Positions 1 to 8,895 are shown, numbered from the stretch's first letter. The stretch: 46,078 nucleotides of DNA from Thermodesulfobacteriota bacterium (GCA_049699975.1 JBNAWB010000003.1:1-46078); one strand, 5' to 3'. Program-made: numbers and translations. Notes: generated by a model not told the origin, from the letters alone.

Positions 1-360
1 ACTAATCAAGATGTGACCCCCACTATGGTGAATATCGAAAACGGTTGGCAGTTACCCGGGAATCTTTGGAGATTGTTAAAGATTTGGCAGAAAAAATAAA
101 TGGTGATTGATGGGCAGAAGATTTTTAAAAAATTTGAGTAAAAGATACCGGTTTCTGATGTCCTCAAAAGGCTCAATTGAGAAATGGCCAATTTGATAAA
201 GAATGAGTATTTCTCTTTTAGTTAAAGAGGCGAAGCAGAGCGATCGCCCATATTTGGAGAATATAACGGAGATAAGAAGGATAATTAGAGAAATTAAAGG
301 ATATTCCTTGCTAAATATCATAAATTATTTTAAAATTTATGAAAACTCTGCAGGCCTTTT

Positions 361-1359
361 ATGGAGCAGGAAGGATTTTATCTATTTAAAAAAGACCATC
401 TCAGTCACCTCCTGCAAAATCAGCAATATAAGGAAGCGCAAGAGGAAATTGAGAAGCGCTTACGCCTAAATCCTGATCAGCCTACCCTCAAAATTACCTT
501 GGCGGATATATACCTAAAATTAGGGCGCTTGAGCTCAGCTAAAATTATTCTCGAGGAAATTTTAACTGCCGATCCGCAAAACGAGCGAGCTTTATCCCTT
601 TTAGGAGATGTTTTTCTTAAAGAACAAAAGGCCCAAGAAGCCTTAAACTGTTATCGCCAAGCTTTCTTGCGCACTCCGCGGGAATATTATCTACTCCAGG
701 CCGCCCGGGCTTTGAAGAAGATGAATCGTTTGGAAGAAGCTCTCTTAGAGCTAGACAAAGTTTTAATCACCAAACCGCAGCATTTAACCTTCCTTAAAGA
801 AAAGGCCCTTATCCTTACCCGCCTGAAACGTTACGATCAGGCCTTAGTCATTTATGAAAAAATAAAAGAGCTTACCCCAGCGGATAATTTTGTGCAGAAG
901 GAGATCCTTCGTTTACGCAGTCTGCAGAAGCCAAAGTCCCAAGTACTCAAGGATCTGCAGATGGTCGTGGGGATGGAATCCAAAAAAGATGATGCCCAGA
1001 TGCATGGTCTTTTAGCCCAAAAGTTGAAAGATGCCGGGATGATTCGGGAAGCCATCGCCGAATATAAAATTGCCACCGCCTTAGATCCCCATAACCCCTA
1101 TTTCTTAAAACAACAGGGTTTTTGCCATTACCGCCAAAAGGAATACGACTTGGCCAGCAAGTGTTTGGAAGAAGCCCTCCGCCAAGATCCGGCGGATATT
1201 ATCGTGCGCAAGACTTTGGGTAAAATATTCACGATCACGGGGCAGTTAGAAAAATTTTTAACCTTGTTGGAAGAGATCTTCCAGCAGCATCCCGAGCAAA
1301 TTACCCTCTGGGGAACTATTAAAAGCTTACGCAAAAAATTAGGCAAAGATAAAAAATGA
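361..1359 (+). CDS. TPR (tetratricopeptide) repeat protein
   Basis: 332-aa ORF with repeated ~34-aa helical units that end in Asp-Pro turns (ILTADPQNERALSLLGDVF, ATALDPHNPYFLKQQGF, ALRQDPADIIVRK). It is on the same strand as the giant ATPase-PglZ ORF and 120 nt upstream of it. Confidence 0.8.
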   Translation: MEQEGFYLFKKDHLSHLLQNQQYKEAQEEIEKRLRLNPDQPTLKITLADIYLKLGRLSSAKIILEEILTADPQNERALSLLGDVFLKEQKAQEALNCYRQAFLRTPREYYLLQAARALKKMNRLEEALLELDKVLITKPQHLTFLKEKALILTRLKRYDQALVIYEKIKELTPADNFVQKEILRLRSLQKPKSQVLKDLQMVVGMESKKDDAQMHGLLAQKLKDAGMIREAIAEYKIATALDPHNPYFLKQQGFCHYRQKEYDLASKCLEEALRQDPADIIVRKTLGKIFTITGQLEKFLTLLEEIFQQHPEQITLWGTIKSLRKKLGKDKK

Positions 1360-1478
1360 GCTGGATGCCCGAGGGCAGAACAGAATAATAACCTTATTAA
1401 AAAGATAGCCGATCCATTCCCTTTTTGCTATCATATAAACCAGGTAAAGCTTAGGGCTAAAAAGGGAGAGGAATATTT

Positions 1479-4400
1479 ATGGTAGTTGGCGATCTTATCG
1501 AAGTTCCAGAAATTAAGACAGTCATCCAGTTAAAGGATATAGAGAAGCTGGAACTTCGGCAAATGATCCTGGATTCCTTTATTGTTACTGCGGAAGTGCG
1601 CCAAAATTTAGAAAAGATTTTTAACTCCCTCATAAAACCCACCGGAAGCGGCGCTTTTCTCAAAGGGCATTTTGGTTCAGGGAAATCGCATTTCTTGAGT
1701 ATCCTGAGCCTTCTTCTGCGCTACCCGACCGCCTGGCAAGTCATCTTAGAGCAAGACCCTTCTTTGAAAAATTTCCAAGAATTGTTAGTTCCTAAAAAAT
1801 TATTAGTAGCGGAAATCTCCTTGGTTCAGCATCGGGCTACGGAGTTTCTCGAAGATATTTTTCAGCAAGAAATTTTTCGAGAACTTGCTCGCCACGTAAC
1901 TCCATCTGAGGTGGGCCAAGCTTCCCGCAAAGAAACTTTCGCCGAGATCCAGAAACAAATTTTGGGTAGTGGATTTACCGGATTAGTTTTATTGGTGGAT
2001 GAGCTTTCTGAATTTCTTCGTTCGAAGACAGATGCTCATGCTTTTCAGGAGGATATTCGCTTTCTGCAGTTTTTAGGCGAGGAGGCCCCTTCTTTCCCTT
2101 TGTGGATCGTAGCTTCCTTGCAGGAGTGGATCGAAGAGACGGGGGATATAAATCAAGATACTTTTAATAAGATTAAAGACCGTTATCCAATTCGCCTCAA
2201 CTTGGGGCGGGCCCATATTGAAGAATTGATTTCTCACCGCTTAATCCGCCAAAAAAAGGGGGCAGGCGAAGAGATTAAGAAAATTTTCCAATCTTTACGG
2301 GGATATTTCCCATCTTTCCCTGTAGACGAAGCAAGATTTATTAAGCTTTATCCAGTGCATCCGGCCACTATTGCTCTTCTGGACCGTTTGAAGATTCTCT
2401 TCTCCGAACACCGCGGCGTGGTGGATTTTATCCATTCCCGACTAAAGGGTGATCAAGAACGAGGAATTCCTTCCCTCCTCGATAAACCAGCAACTACGTT
2501 GCTGGGTCCAGCCACGATTTTTGATCATTTTCTGCACCGCCTGCGGGAAATGGCTGAAACCCAGCCTTATATCGAAAAGGAATACGAATACTTTAGCGAA
2601 GAAATTCCGCGGATATTTAAAGATCCAGACCAACAAAAAGTAGCTCTGGAAGCGGTAAAAATTCTTATCTTAGCTGCCATCTCGCCCGTCAAAGTTAAAT
2701 ATAGCGTTAAGCATTTAACTGAAATGGTCCTTTTTCGAGTCACTGAGTTAGATACTGAGTTTAATTATCAGTATTTCCACGATCTCCTGGAACGTTTAGC
2801 TAAAGAGACGTCTTTTTTGGTGGTTGAACGAGGACCAGAACCAAAGCAAGATCATTTTGCCCTGGATTTGCGTTTGGATCTCCCTTCCCTTTTGCGCCGC
2901 AAAATTCGGCAAGTAGCTACTGAGATTTTTCCCAACGATCGGCGCCTTTTCACTCGCCTTTTGCCTTGGGCCGAGTCAACTTTAATTCCTCTGGCCGGCT
3001 GGGCCGAAAAGGGCCAGCAAAATGTTTTTGTCTCTTGGGAGTATTCCACCCGTAATGGCTTAATCTTACTGCGCCAGATTGATGAACTCCCTTGGGGCGA
3101 ACTGGAAAAGTTAGCGGCAGATTGGCAGCGGAGCGAAAATGACTTTTACCTTATTGTGGGTACAACCCTTAATGTGCCCCAACAACTAGCCCATTTACGT
3201 CAAGACCTTCTCCCTAAGGTGCAGGAGAAATTTCCTGGAATTTTTCTCTTCTGGATACCTGCCGCCCTCCCGGAAACAGAGGAAAAAGGGTTGAAAGAAA
3301 TATTGGCTACTTTATTACTGGCTGATAAGTATCAAGAGGAATCATCTCCGGGTCAAATTAAAGCCTTAGAATTTTTGCAAAGTCAACTGCAAAGCAACCG
3401 CCGCCGCCTGGGCGAGATCTTTACCGAAGCTTATTTTCATGGTCTCCTTTTAGATGATGAGCACCAAATTGAGTTAGCTAATTACGGATACCTCACCCAA
3501 GAAAAATTCTTGGAAGAATTTATCCGTCCTCTTCTTTCCCGCCGGTTCCCTAAACATAATCGGGTGCTTGCTTATTTGGAAGCTCTGCCTCCTTTTGCTA
3601 TTCCTAATCTCATCAGAGAATTCTTCGCCACCGGCCTGGTGGAAATAAACGACCGGACTAAGTTTGGCCTGCGCACGATCTTAGAAGATTTGCTTAAGCC
3701 TATGGGCTTAATAAAGAAAAAAGGGAACCAATATTTTCTCCATGTGGACCCCCGCACTAATGAATTAGCGGCCTCCTTTTTTTCTCTCTTAGATAAAGGA
3801 ATACAGTCCCTGGAAGATCTTTATTGGGTTCTGCGCAAAGGAGAATACGGTCTATTAAGAACCCAATTTGATATTATGGTGTTAGCTTTAATTTTTTCCG
3901 GAAATTTAATTCCCTATCAAGGGTCGCGAAAAAAAAGCTTAGAAGATATAGCCCGCCAGGGATTAGCGGGGATTACTTCTTTGGGAAAAGGGGAGATTTT
4001 AAGCGCTGAATTAAGAGAAGTAATCCCTGTTCATCCGCTTATTCCGGAAAACTTTCGCCGGGGCACTTTCACTCTGCCCTATCAGGAAGCTCTGTGGAAT
4101 GAATTAAAAGGGCGCAAAGAATTTGAGGTGGATACGCTGCGCAATTTACAACAAAAAATTCTTTGGGCGTCATCATTCCAGGCTTTCAAGAATATTCCTT
4201 GGGATTCTTTTCGGCAGGATGCGGAAGATATTTTGGCCCAATGGGCGGAAGTAAAAGTTAGCTTACCAGCTAAGGAGGGCTTGGAAAAATTTCTGGCTGC
4301 CTTGGCGCGCGAACCTTTCTTGGCCGCCAAACTAAGCCGCTTGGAAAAAATTAAAAAATTTTTTGATTATCAAGAAAGAATCCTGTTTGTCTATCAATAT

Positions 4401-6596
4401 ATTAACGATGCGCGCTTGGTTATCCCTGCCGAACCTAAATACGCATATCTAAGTTCCGAAAAAGAAGCTCTGCAGGACTTCTTTATTAAAGAAATAATTT
4501 CTATTGATCTGGAAAAGATAAAAGAACTTCTGCAGCGCTTCCATAACTTTCGGGAAAACTATATCCAGGCTTATGCTGAGGCCCACCGGCGCAATTGTTC
4601 CGGAGAGCAATTTGCTCCCTATGAGAGAGTGCGCCAATCGCGGCGCTATCAAATATTGAGTAAACTGGCGCAGATAGAAATAGTATCGGTACTTCACCAG
4701 CGGCAGGCTATAGATCAGTCTCTATTCAATATTCTTAAACGGCAATGCCCGGCCCTCTCCTTAGAAGCTCTGCAGAGAAATCCTACCTGTGCCTGCGGTT
4801 TTACCCTGGGGGAAAGTATTGCCCTTCCTTCTCTAAGAGAAATTGAAGAAGCCATCGACCAGGGCATCAAAGAGACTATGGAAACCTTGGCCTCTCCTCC
4901 TTACCAAGAAAAAATTCTTCCTTATCTGCACGGTCTGGAAGCAATAGGTGAAGGAGATAAATCGCAGGCCATCCGGCAATTTTTGGCTTTATCCTCCAGC
5001 CAAAGAAATTTCTTAGAAGAAATAGAACGGGTCCTCACTAACCAGGTAATTGAAGGGATTAATGAAGCTTTTCGCGGAAAAGTTGTTATCGTGGAACGTA
5101 ATTTAGACCAGCTTTATAAAGCTCTTCTCCATCGGAAATATACCATTACTCAAGTACGCAAAATTTTCCAAGAATGGTTACGCACCGAAGAATTGGCCGA
5201 ATCCACTTTTATCCATTTTACGGGCCAGGGTTATCTGGAAGATAGATCTTTGAACAAGCAAACGTTTTTATCATTGCTGGAAGATGAATTTCCCCATCTT
5301 CTTTCTTTGCTTCCTCAATGGGGGCCGCAGACTTTCCAGAAAGTGATACTTCTCAGTTTATGGAGGGAAGAAAACAAAATTTGCCCTCAGGAAGTTTTTC
5401 CTCTTTTTCCCTTCCTGCAAAAGGAAGGGACGGAAAAAGGCGAGCTGCTGCTGCAAGAATTTTCTCGGGCTGCTCAATCGCTGCGGCAGAAGGCCCCAAA
5501 CTTATTTTTCTCCCTGGCCAAAGAAGTGGAAACCCAGGAGGGATTTTTAGAAGAGATATGGCATATTTTGCGGAATAAACCTATTAACGAAATCTTTCAA
5601 CAAGAAAATATCTTCCCCGCTGTATTAAAAGAAGCCTTTGCTAAATTAATCGCTATCCTCCCTGAAAAAAAAGAAGAAGCCTTTTTGGGGGGAGAAATAA
5701 TAGGAGAAAACATAAATCCCGAGCCGCTGGCGCAAATGCGGGTCGAAATGGTGGAAATACTTAAAAATTACCAATTATTCGCTCAAAAATGGCAAGTGCT
5801 CAAACGTCGAGATGCCCATCCCCCTCAAGGCTTTACTAATTGGCAATCATTTTATATTGATCATTTGAGTCCTTTTGCCTACTTCCTCAAAATTCTTCCG
5901 GAGAAAGTCCAGCGGATGGAGATTAACCTTTCCGCGAATGAGCGAAAAAAATTACGCCAAGGCGAAGAGATAATTGCCTCCTTTAGCCAAAACTTTGCTG
6001 ACTTCTATCAGAAATCACTACCCCTGTGGGAAACCGGGCAAGAAAAAAGGCCTCTTTTCATCGAAGATCTGCCCGCCCTCAATCCTTGGAAAAGAAGAAC
6101 CCTGGAAGGTAAGAGAAAGGTTTACATTCTCCTCGACGGACTGCGTTGGGATTTATGGGTTTATCTAAAAGAAAATTTCTTTAAAGGCTTGAGTGATCAA
6201 GTTCGAATTATCAGTGAAGGAGTAATCTGGACCCACTTGCCATCCTCGACGCCTAGACAAATGGAATTTTTTACAGAAGCGCGCCGCCGCACATCTGCCA
6301 GCACCGCCCAGGCAGAAGATTTTTGGCATTTGGAAGGCATAGATGAAAGAGTGCACACCGAAAAGGGCGGGTTAGAATACCTTTTCCGGAATATCCTGCA
6401 ATATCTCCAATTGGCTTTAACTCCCCGCTTGCAAGAACTACCCGCTCAGACTTATCTCCTCTTTTTCTCTGATCATGGTTTCATAGAGAATCCGCATTTT
6501 TCGGCCGATGATAAATACCGCTCTTCTCGCTACCTTCATGGTGAAGCTTCCCCCTTTGAAGTCATCGTCCCTTGGGCAGCGGCCATAAAAATTTGA
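1479..6596 (+). CDS. Giant (1705 aa) P-loop NTPase (BrxC/PglY/DUF6079-like N-terminus) fused to a C-terminal PglZ-type alkaline-phosphatase-fold domain
   Basis: Uninterrupted 5.1-kb ORF with RBS GGGAGAGG 7 nt upstream. Walker A GHFGSGKSH at nt 1665-1688. Walker B LVLLVDE at nt 1986-2003. YPVHPATIALLDRLKILFSEHRGVVDFI at nt 2346-2432. The C-terminal ~160 aa carry ILLDGLRWD (D at 6135), LPSSTP (T at 6249), IDERVH (6342-6356) and FFSDHGF (6471-6479). Confidence 0.85.
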   Translation: MVVGDLIEVPEIKTVIQLKDIEKLELRQMILDSFIVTAEVRQNLEKIFNSLIKPTGSGAFLKGHFGSGKSHFLSILSLLLRYPTAWQVILEQDPSLKNFQELLVPKKLLVAEISLVQHRATEFLEDIFQQEIFRELARHVTPSEVGQASRKETFAEIQKQILGSGFTGLVLLVDELSEFLRSKTDAHAFQEDIRFLQFLGEEAPSFPLWIVASLQEWIEETGDINQDTFNKIKDRYPIRLNLGRAHIEELISHRLIRQKKGAGEEIKKIFQSLRGYFPSFPVDEARFIKLYPVHPATIALLDRLKILFSEHRGVVDFIHSRLKGDQERGIPSLLDKPATTLLGPATIFDHFLHRLREMAETQPYIEKEYEYFSEEIPRIFKDPDQQKVALEAVKILILAAISPVKVKYSVKHLTEMVLFRVTELDTEFNYQYFHDLLERLAKETSFLVVERGPEPKQDHFALDLRLDLPSLLRRKIRQVATEIFPNDRRLFTRLLPWAESTLIPLAGWAEKGQQNVFVSWEYSTRNGLILLRQIDELPWGELEKLAADWQRSENDFYLIVGTTLNVPQQLAHLRQDLLPKVQEKFPGIFLFWIPAALPETEEKGLKEILATLLLADKYQEESSPGQIKALEFLQSQLQSNRRRLGEIFTEAYFHGLLLDDEHQIELANYGYLTQEKFLEEFIRPLLSRRFPKHNRVLAYLEALPPFAIPNLIREFFATGLVEINDRTKFGLRTILEDLLKPMGLIKKKGNQYFLHVDPRTNELAASFFSLLDKGIQSLEDLYWVLRKGEYGLLRTQFDIMVLALIFSGNLIPYQGSRKKSLEDIARQGLAGITSLGKGEILSAELREVIPVHPLIPENFRRGTFTLPYQEALWNELKGRKEFEVDTLRNLQQKILWASSFQAFKNIPWDSFRQDAEDILAQWAEVKVSLPAKEGLEKFLAALAREPFLAAKLSRLEKIKKFFDYQERILFVYQYINDARLVIPAEPKYAYLSSEKEALQDFFIKEIISIDLEKIKELLQRFHNFRENYIQAYAEAHRRNCSGEQFAPYERVRQSRRYQILSKLAQIEIVSVLHQRQAIDQSLFNILKRQCPALSLEALQRNPTCACGFTLGESIALPSLREIEEAIDQGIKETMETLASPPYQEKILPYLHGLEAIGEGDKSQAIRQFLALSSSQRNFLEEIERVLTNQVIEGINEAFRGKVVIVERNLDQLYKALLHRKYTITQVRKIFQEWLRTEELAESTFIHFTGQGYLEDRSLNKQTFLSLLEDEFPHLLSLLPQWGPQTFQKVILLSLWREENKICPQEVFPLFPFLQKEGTEKGELLLQEFSRAAQSLRQKAPNLFFSLAKEVETQEGFLEEIWHILRNKPINEIFQQENIFPAVLKEAFAKLIAILPEKKEEAFLGGEIIGENINPEPLAQMRVEMVEILKNYQLFAQKWQVLKRRDAHPPQGFTNWQSFYIDHLSPFAYFLKILPEKVQRMEINLSANERKKLRQGEEIIASFSQNFADFYQKSLPLWETGQEKRPLFIEDLPALNPWKRRTLEGKRKVYILLDGLRWDLWVYLKENFFKGLSDQVRIISEGVIWTHLPSSTPRQMEFFTEARRRTSASTAQAEDFWHLEGIDERVHTEKGGLEYLFRNILQYLQLALTPRLQELPAQTYLLFFSDHGFIENPHFSADDKYRSSRYLHGEASPFEVIVPWAAAIKI

Positions 6597-6598
6597 AT

Positions 6599-7102
6599 TT
6601 AAAGAAGGAGCTCGTACTTTTCCTCGGTGAGCAGGCGGCCCCAAATTTGGTGGGTAATACTTTCTTTTAGCTGAAAGCCAACGGACTGATATAGATGGGC
6701 GGCCGCTTTGAGTTCACTGAAAGTCCAGAGATAAATTAAACGGTAAGGGACATGGCGGCTAAAATCCAAAGCTTGCTGGAGTAGAGTTTTACCTAATCCT
6801 TGACCTCGATAATCAGGGTGAACCAAAAACCAGCGCAATTGAGCAACATCCTCTCCTTGGCCCACGATACCAATTGAACCGATTATATTTTCTCCTTTTT
6901 CGGCCAACCAGAGGCCGTCTCGGGCGGGGTTGAAGGAATTTTGAAACTGGGCGCAGGAAGTTGCTACATATGCTTCTAAGGACTTGTCCAGACCATATTC
7001 TTGGGCATAAAGAAGCCCATGCAGTTTGGTAATGGTTTTTAAATCATCCGGCTGCCAGCGGGAGCGAATTATTATATCAGCTAATAATTCCTTTGCGGTC
7101 AT
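6599..7102 (-). CDS. GNAT family N-acetyltransferase
   Basis: Acetyl-CoA binding motif VHPDYRGQGLGKTLLQQAL. The ATG at 7102 is preceded by GGAAGG. The ORF track extends to a GTG at 7120, which is an alternative start. Confidence 0.8.
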   Translation of the reverse strand: MTAKELLADIIIRSRWQPDDLKTITKLHGLLYAQEYGLDKSLEAYVATSCAQFQNSFNPARDGLWLAEKGENIIGSIGIVGQGEDVAQLRWFLVHPDYRGQGLGKTLLQQALDFSRHVPYRLIYLWTFSELKAAAHLYQSVGFQLKESITHQIWGRLLTEEKYELLL

Positions 7103-7305
7103 AAGCCTTCCGGCGCGCACCTTAATTTGTAAGATTTATATCAAATTTGATATTGGCTCAACCAACTTGTCGGAGTCAGTTGCAATTATTCAATAAATAA
7201 GATAAATTTGTAAATAATAAAGTTTAAGGAGAACATTAAATAACCTAATTATTTTCTATACCAAGCGGCCATGGCGAGGCCGGAGGGCATGGCTATCTGA
7301 AGAAG

Positions 7306-7345
7306 CCGGGGCTAGCTAAGCGTTCCTAGCGCGGAGATTTCTTTT
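7306..7345 (+). terminator. Terminator-like hairpin (ccgGGgctag / ctagcGcgg) followed by a T-rich run, inside a GC-rich island of an AT-rich 5' region
   Basis: Arms at 7306-7315 and 7326-7334 pair 3+5 bp around a small internal mismatch, then agatttcttttgtt follows. No + strand gene lies upstream, so this would be an attenuator or the end of a small RNA. Confidence 0.3.
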
Positions 7346-7454
7346 GTTATGTGCAACTGGCCATGACTTGTAGCTTAGGGTCCAAACATACTTGCCTATC
7401 GTTAATAATTATATCAGGCTATCTCAAGCGAAAAAAGCGACAGGGGGAGCTAAG

Positions 7455-7754
7455 ATGAAGAAGCCCAGTGAAAAAGAAGAAGAATTTTTTGCGCGGCAAG
7501 AATTTGAACGACGGAAAAAAATGGAGGAAGAAAAATATAAAAAGATGGCTGCCGAAGAAAGGAAAAGGCTTAAAGAGCTGCACTTTATGAAGTGTCCAAA
7601 GTGTGGGATGGATTTAGTAGAAATAGATTATAAAAATATTAAAGCAGATAAATGTTCCCATTGCGACGGGATTTGGTTGGATGCAGGGGAATTGGAAGCT
7701 CTTTTTAATCTTGAAAAATCAATCTTCGATAAGATTTTAGGAGTGTTTAAATAA
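7455..7754 (+). CDS. Zinc-ribbon (TFIIB-type zf, CxxC...CxxC) domain protein with a charged N-terminal coiled region
   Basis: CPKCGMDLVEIDYKNIKADKCSHCDGIWLDAGELEAL. The ATG at 7455 has RBS GGGGGAG 5 nt upstream. The ORF-track start at 7392 lacks an RBS. Confidence 0.7.
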   Translation: MKKPSEKEEEFFARQEFERRKKMEEEKYKKMAAEERKRLKELHFMKCPKCGMDLVEIDYKNIKADKCSHCDGIWLDAGELEALFNLEKSIFDKILGVFK

Positions 7755-7781
7755 TAAATCTTCCTCATGATCTCCAAGTAA

Positions 7782-7920
7782 TCCATCACTGAAAAGCGGG
7801 CGATTACATGATTAAGCCATTAAATTTCCTCCTCACCCCACCCGCTCCCCGTTGGGGAGAGAGGAAGGGTGAGGGGTTCATTAAAAAATTCTTATAACCA
7901 TCCCGCCCTTCAGTGATGGA
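7782..7920. repeat. ~140-bp nested imperfect palindrome (REP/MITE-like or bidirectional terminator)
   Basis: Outer arms tccatcactgaaaagcggg (7782-7800) and cccgcccttcagtgatgga (7902-7920) are 17/19 complementary. Inner arms are cctcaccccacccgctcccc (7831-7850) and ggggagagaggaagggtgagggg (7854-7876). Confidence 0.7.
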
Positions 7921-8004
7921 ATATAATTCCAGCAAGTATTTAATAGACAATAAGGACAAAGACTGCTATCTTTAAAAATATATAAAAAGGAAAGAAGGCC
8001 AACG

Positions 8005-8895
8005 ATGAAGAAAAAAAATTTTCTAAGATGGGGACTGCCAATTCTGATTATCCTGATTGGTTTAGGCGTATTTGGGTACCTTAAATTATTTGCTTGGAAT
8101 CCAGAGAGACAAAAAATTGCCCAAATCAATGCGCGCAGCATCAGCGTGGCTCAATTCAACCGTGAGCTGGCGAAAATCCCTGCTCCTTATCAGGATATCT
8201 TTCGGGAAGAACCAAAGCAATTTTTAGATCAACTTATCCTGAAAGAAATTCTTCTCCAAGAGGCTGAAAGAAGGGGAGTTAAGAGCGATGCCAATGCCCG
8301 TCCTGAAGATAGGGAAATGTCTATCATCCAAAATCTGCTTAAAAAAGAAGTTTTGGATAAAGTGAAAGTTAGCTCCGCAGAAATAGCTGAAATTTACAAC
8401 CAGCATAAAGAGCAATTTGGCCAGAAACCCCTGGCCGAAATATCTCCTTTAATTGAAGAACTAATCCGCGAAGCCAAAGGCAAAGAACAAGTGGAAGAAT
8501 ATATTGCCTCTTTAAAAGATAAGGCGAAGATTGAAATTAGCGATAAATATCTAAAAGCTATCACCGCTCCACCTCCGCCTACAGATACTGCCGAAGATTT
8601 TAAAAAAGCTCTCCAAAGCGGAAAGCCCCTCTTAGTTGACTTTGGAGCTAATTCTTGTCTGCCCTGTCGCCAGATCCGGCCCATTCTCAAAGAAATTAAG
8701 GAAGAATATGCTGGTAAAGCCAATATCCTCATTATAGATGTATATAAATTTAAGGAATTAGCCCGCGAACATAAAGTGCAACTAATTCCCACTTTGATCT
8801 TCTTTGACAAAGATGGCAAAGAAGTCTTCCGCCACTTAGGCGCCTGGGATAAAGATTCTATTGAGAACAAATTGAAGGAAATCGGAGCCGCTTAA
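8005..8895 (+). CDS. Membrane-anchored SurA_N-like chaperone domain fused to a thioredoxin domain (CLPC active site)
   Basis: N-terminal TM segment LPILIILIGLGVFGYL. SurA N-terminal-like region FLDQLILKEILLQEAERRGV. C-terminal thioredoxin fold LLVDFGANSCLPCRQIRP...IPTLIFFDKDGKEV. Confidence 0.75.
   Translation: MKKKNFLRWGLPILIILIGLGVFGYLKLFAWNPERQKIAQINARSISVAQFNRELAKIPAPYQDIFREEPKQFLDQLILKEILLQEAERRGVKSDANARPEDREMSIIQNLLKKEVLDKVKVSSAEIAEIYNQHKEQFGQKPLAEISPLIEELIREAKGKEQVEEYIASLKDKAKIEISDKYLKAITAPPPPTDTAEDFKKALQSGKPLLVDFGANSCLPCRQIRPILKEIKEEYAGKANILIIDVYKFKELAREHKVQLIPTLIFFDKDGKEVFRHLGAWDKDSIENKLKEIGAA

Noticed and set aside
1-99. Frame +1 reads through to a TAA at 97-99 (…NIENGWQLPGNLWRLLKIWQKK*), possibly the 3' end of a truncated upstream gene.
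   Set aside because: Only 32 codons are visible and there is no recognisable motif. It cannot be told apart from chance.
203-469. 88-aa + strand ORF that overlaps the start of the TPR gene.
   Set aside because: It has no RBS or motif, is low-complexity and K/R-rich at the end, and overlaps a much better-supported CDS. The minus-strand ORFs at 6-191 and 76-321 are equally unconvincing.
7392-7454. ORF-track N-terminal extension of the zinc-ribbon protein.
   Set aside because: It has no RBS. The ATG at 7455 has GGGGGAG at good spacing.
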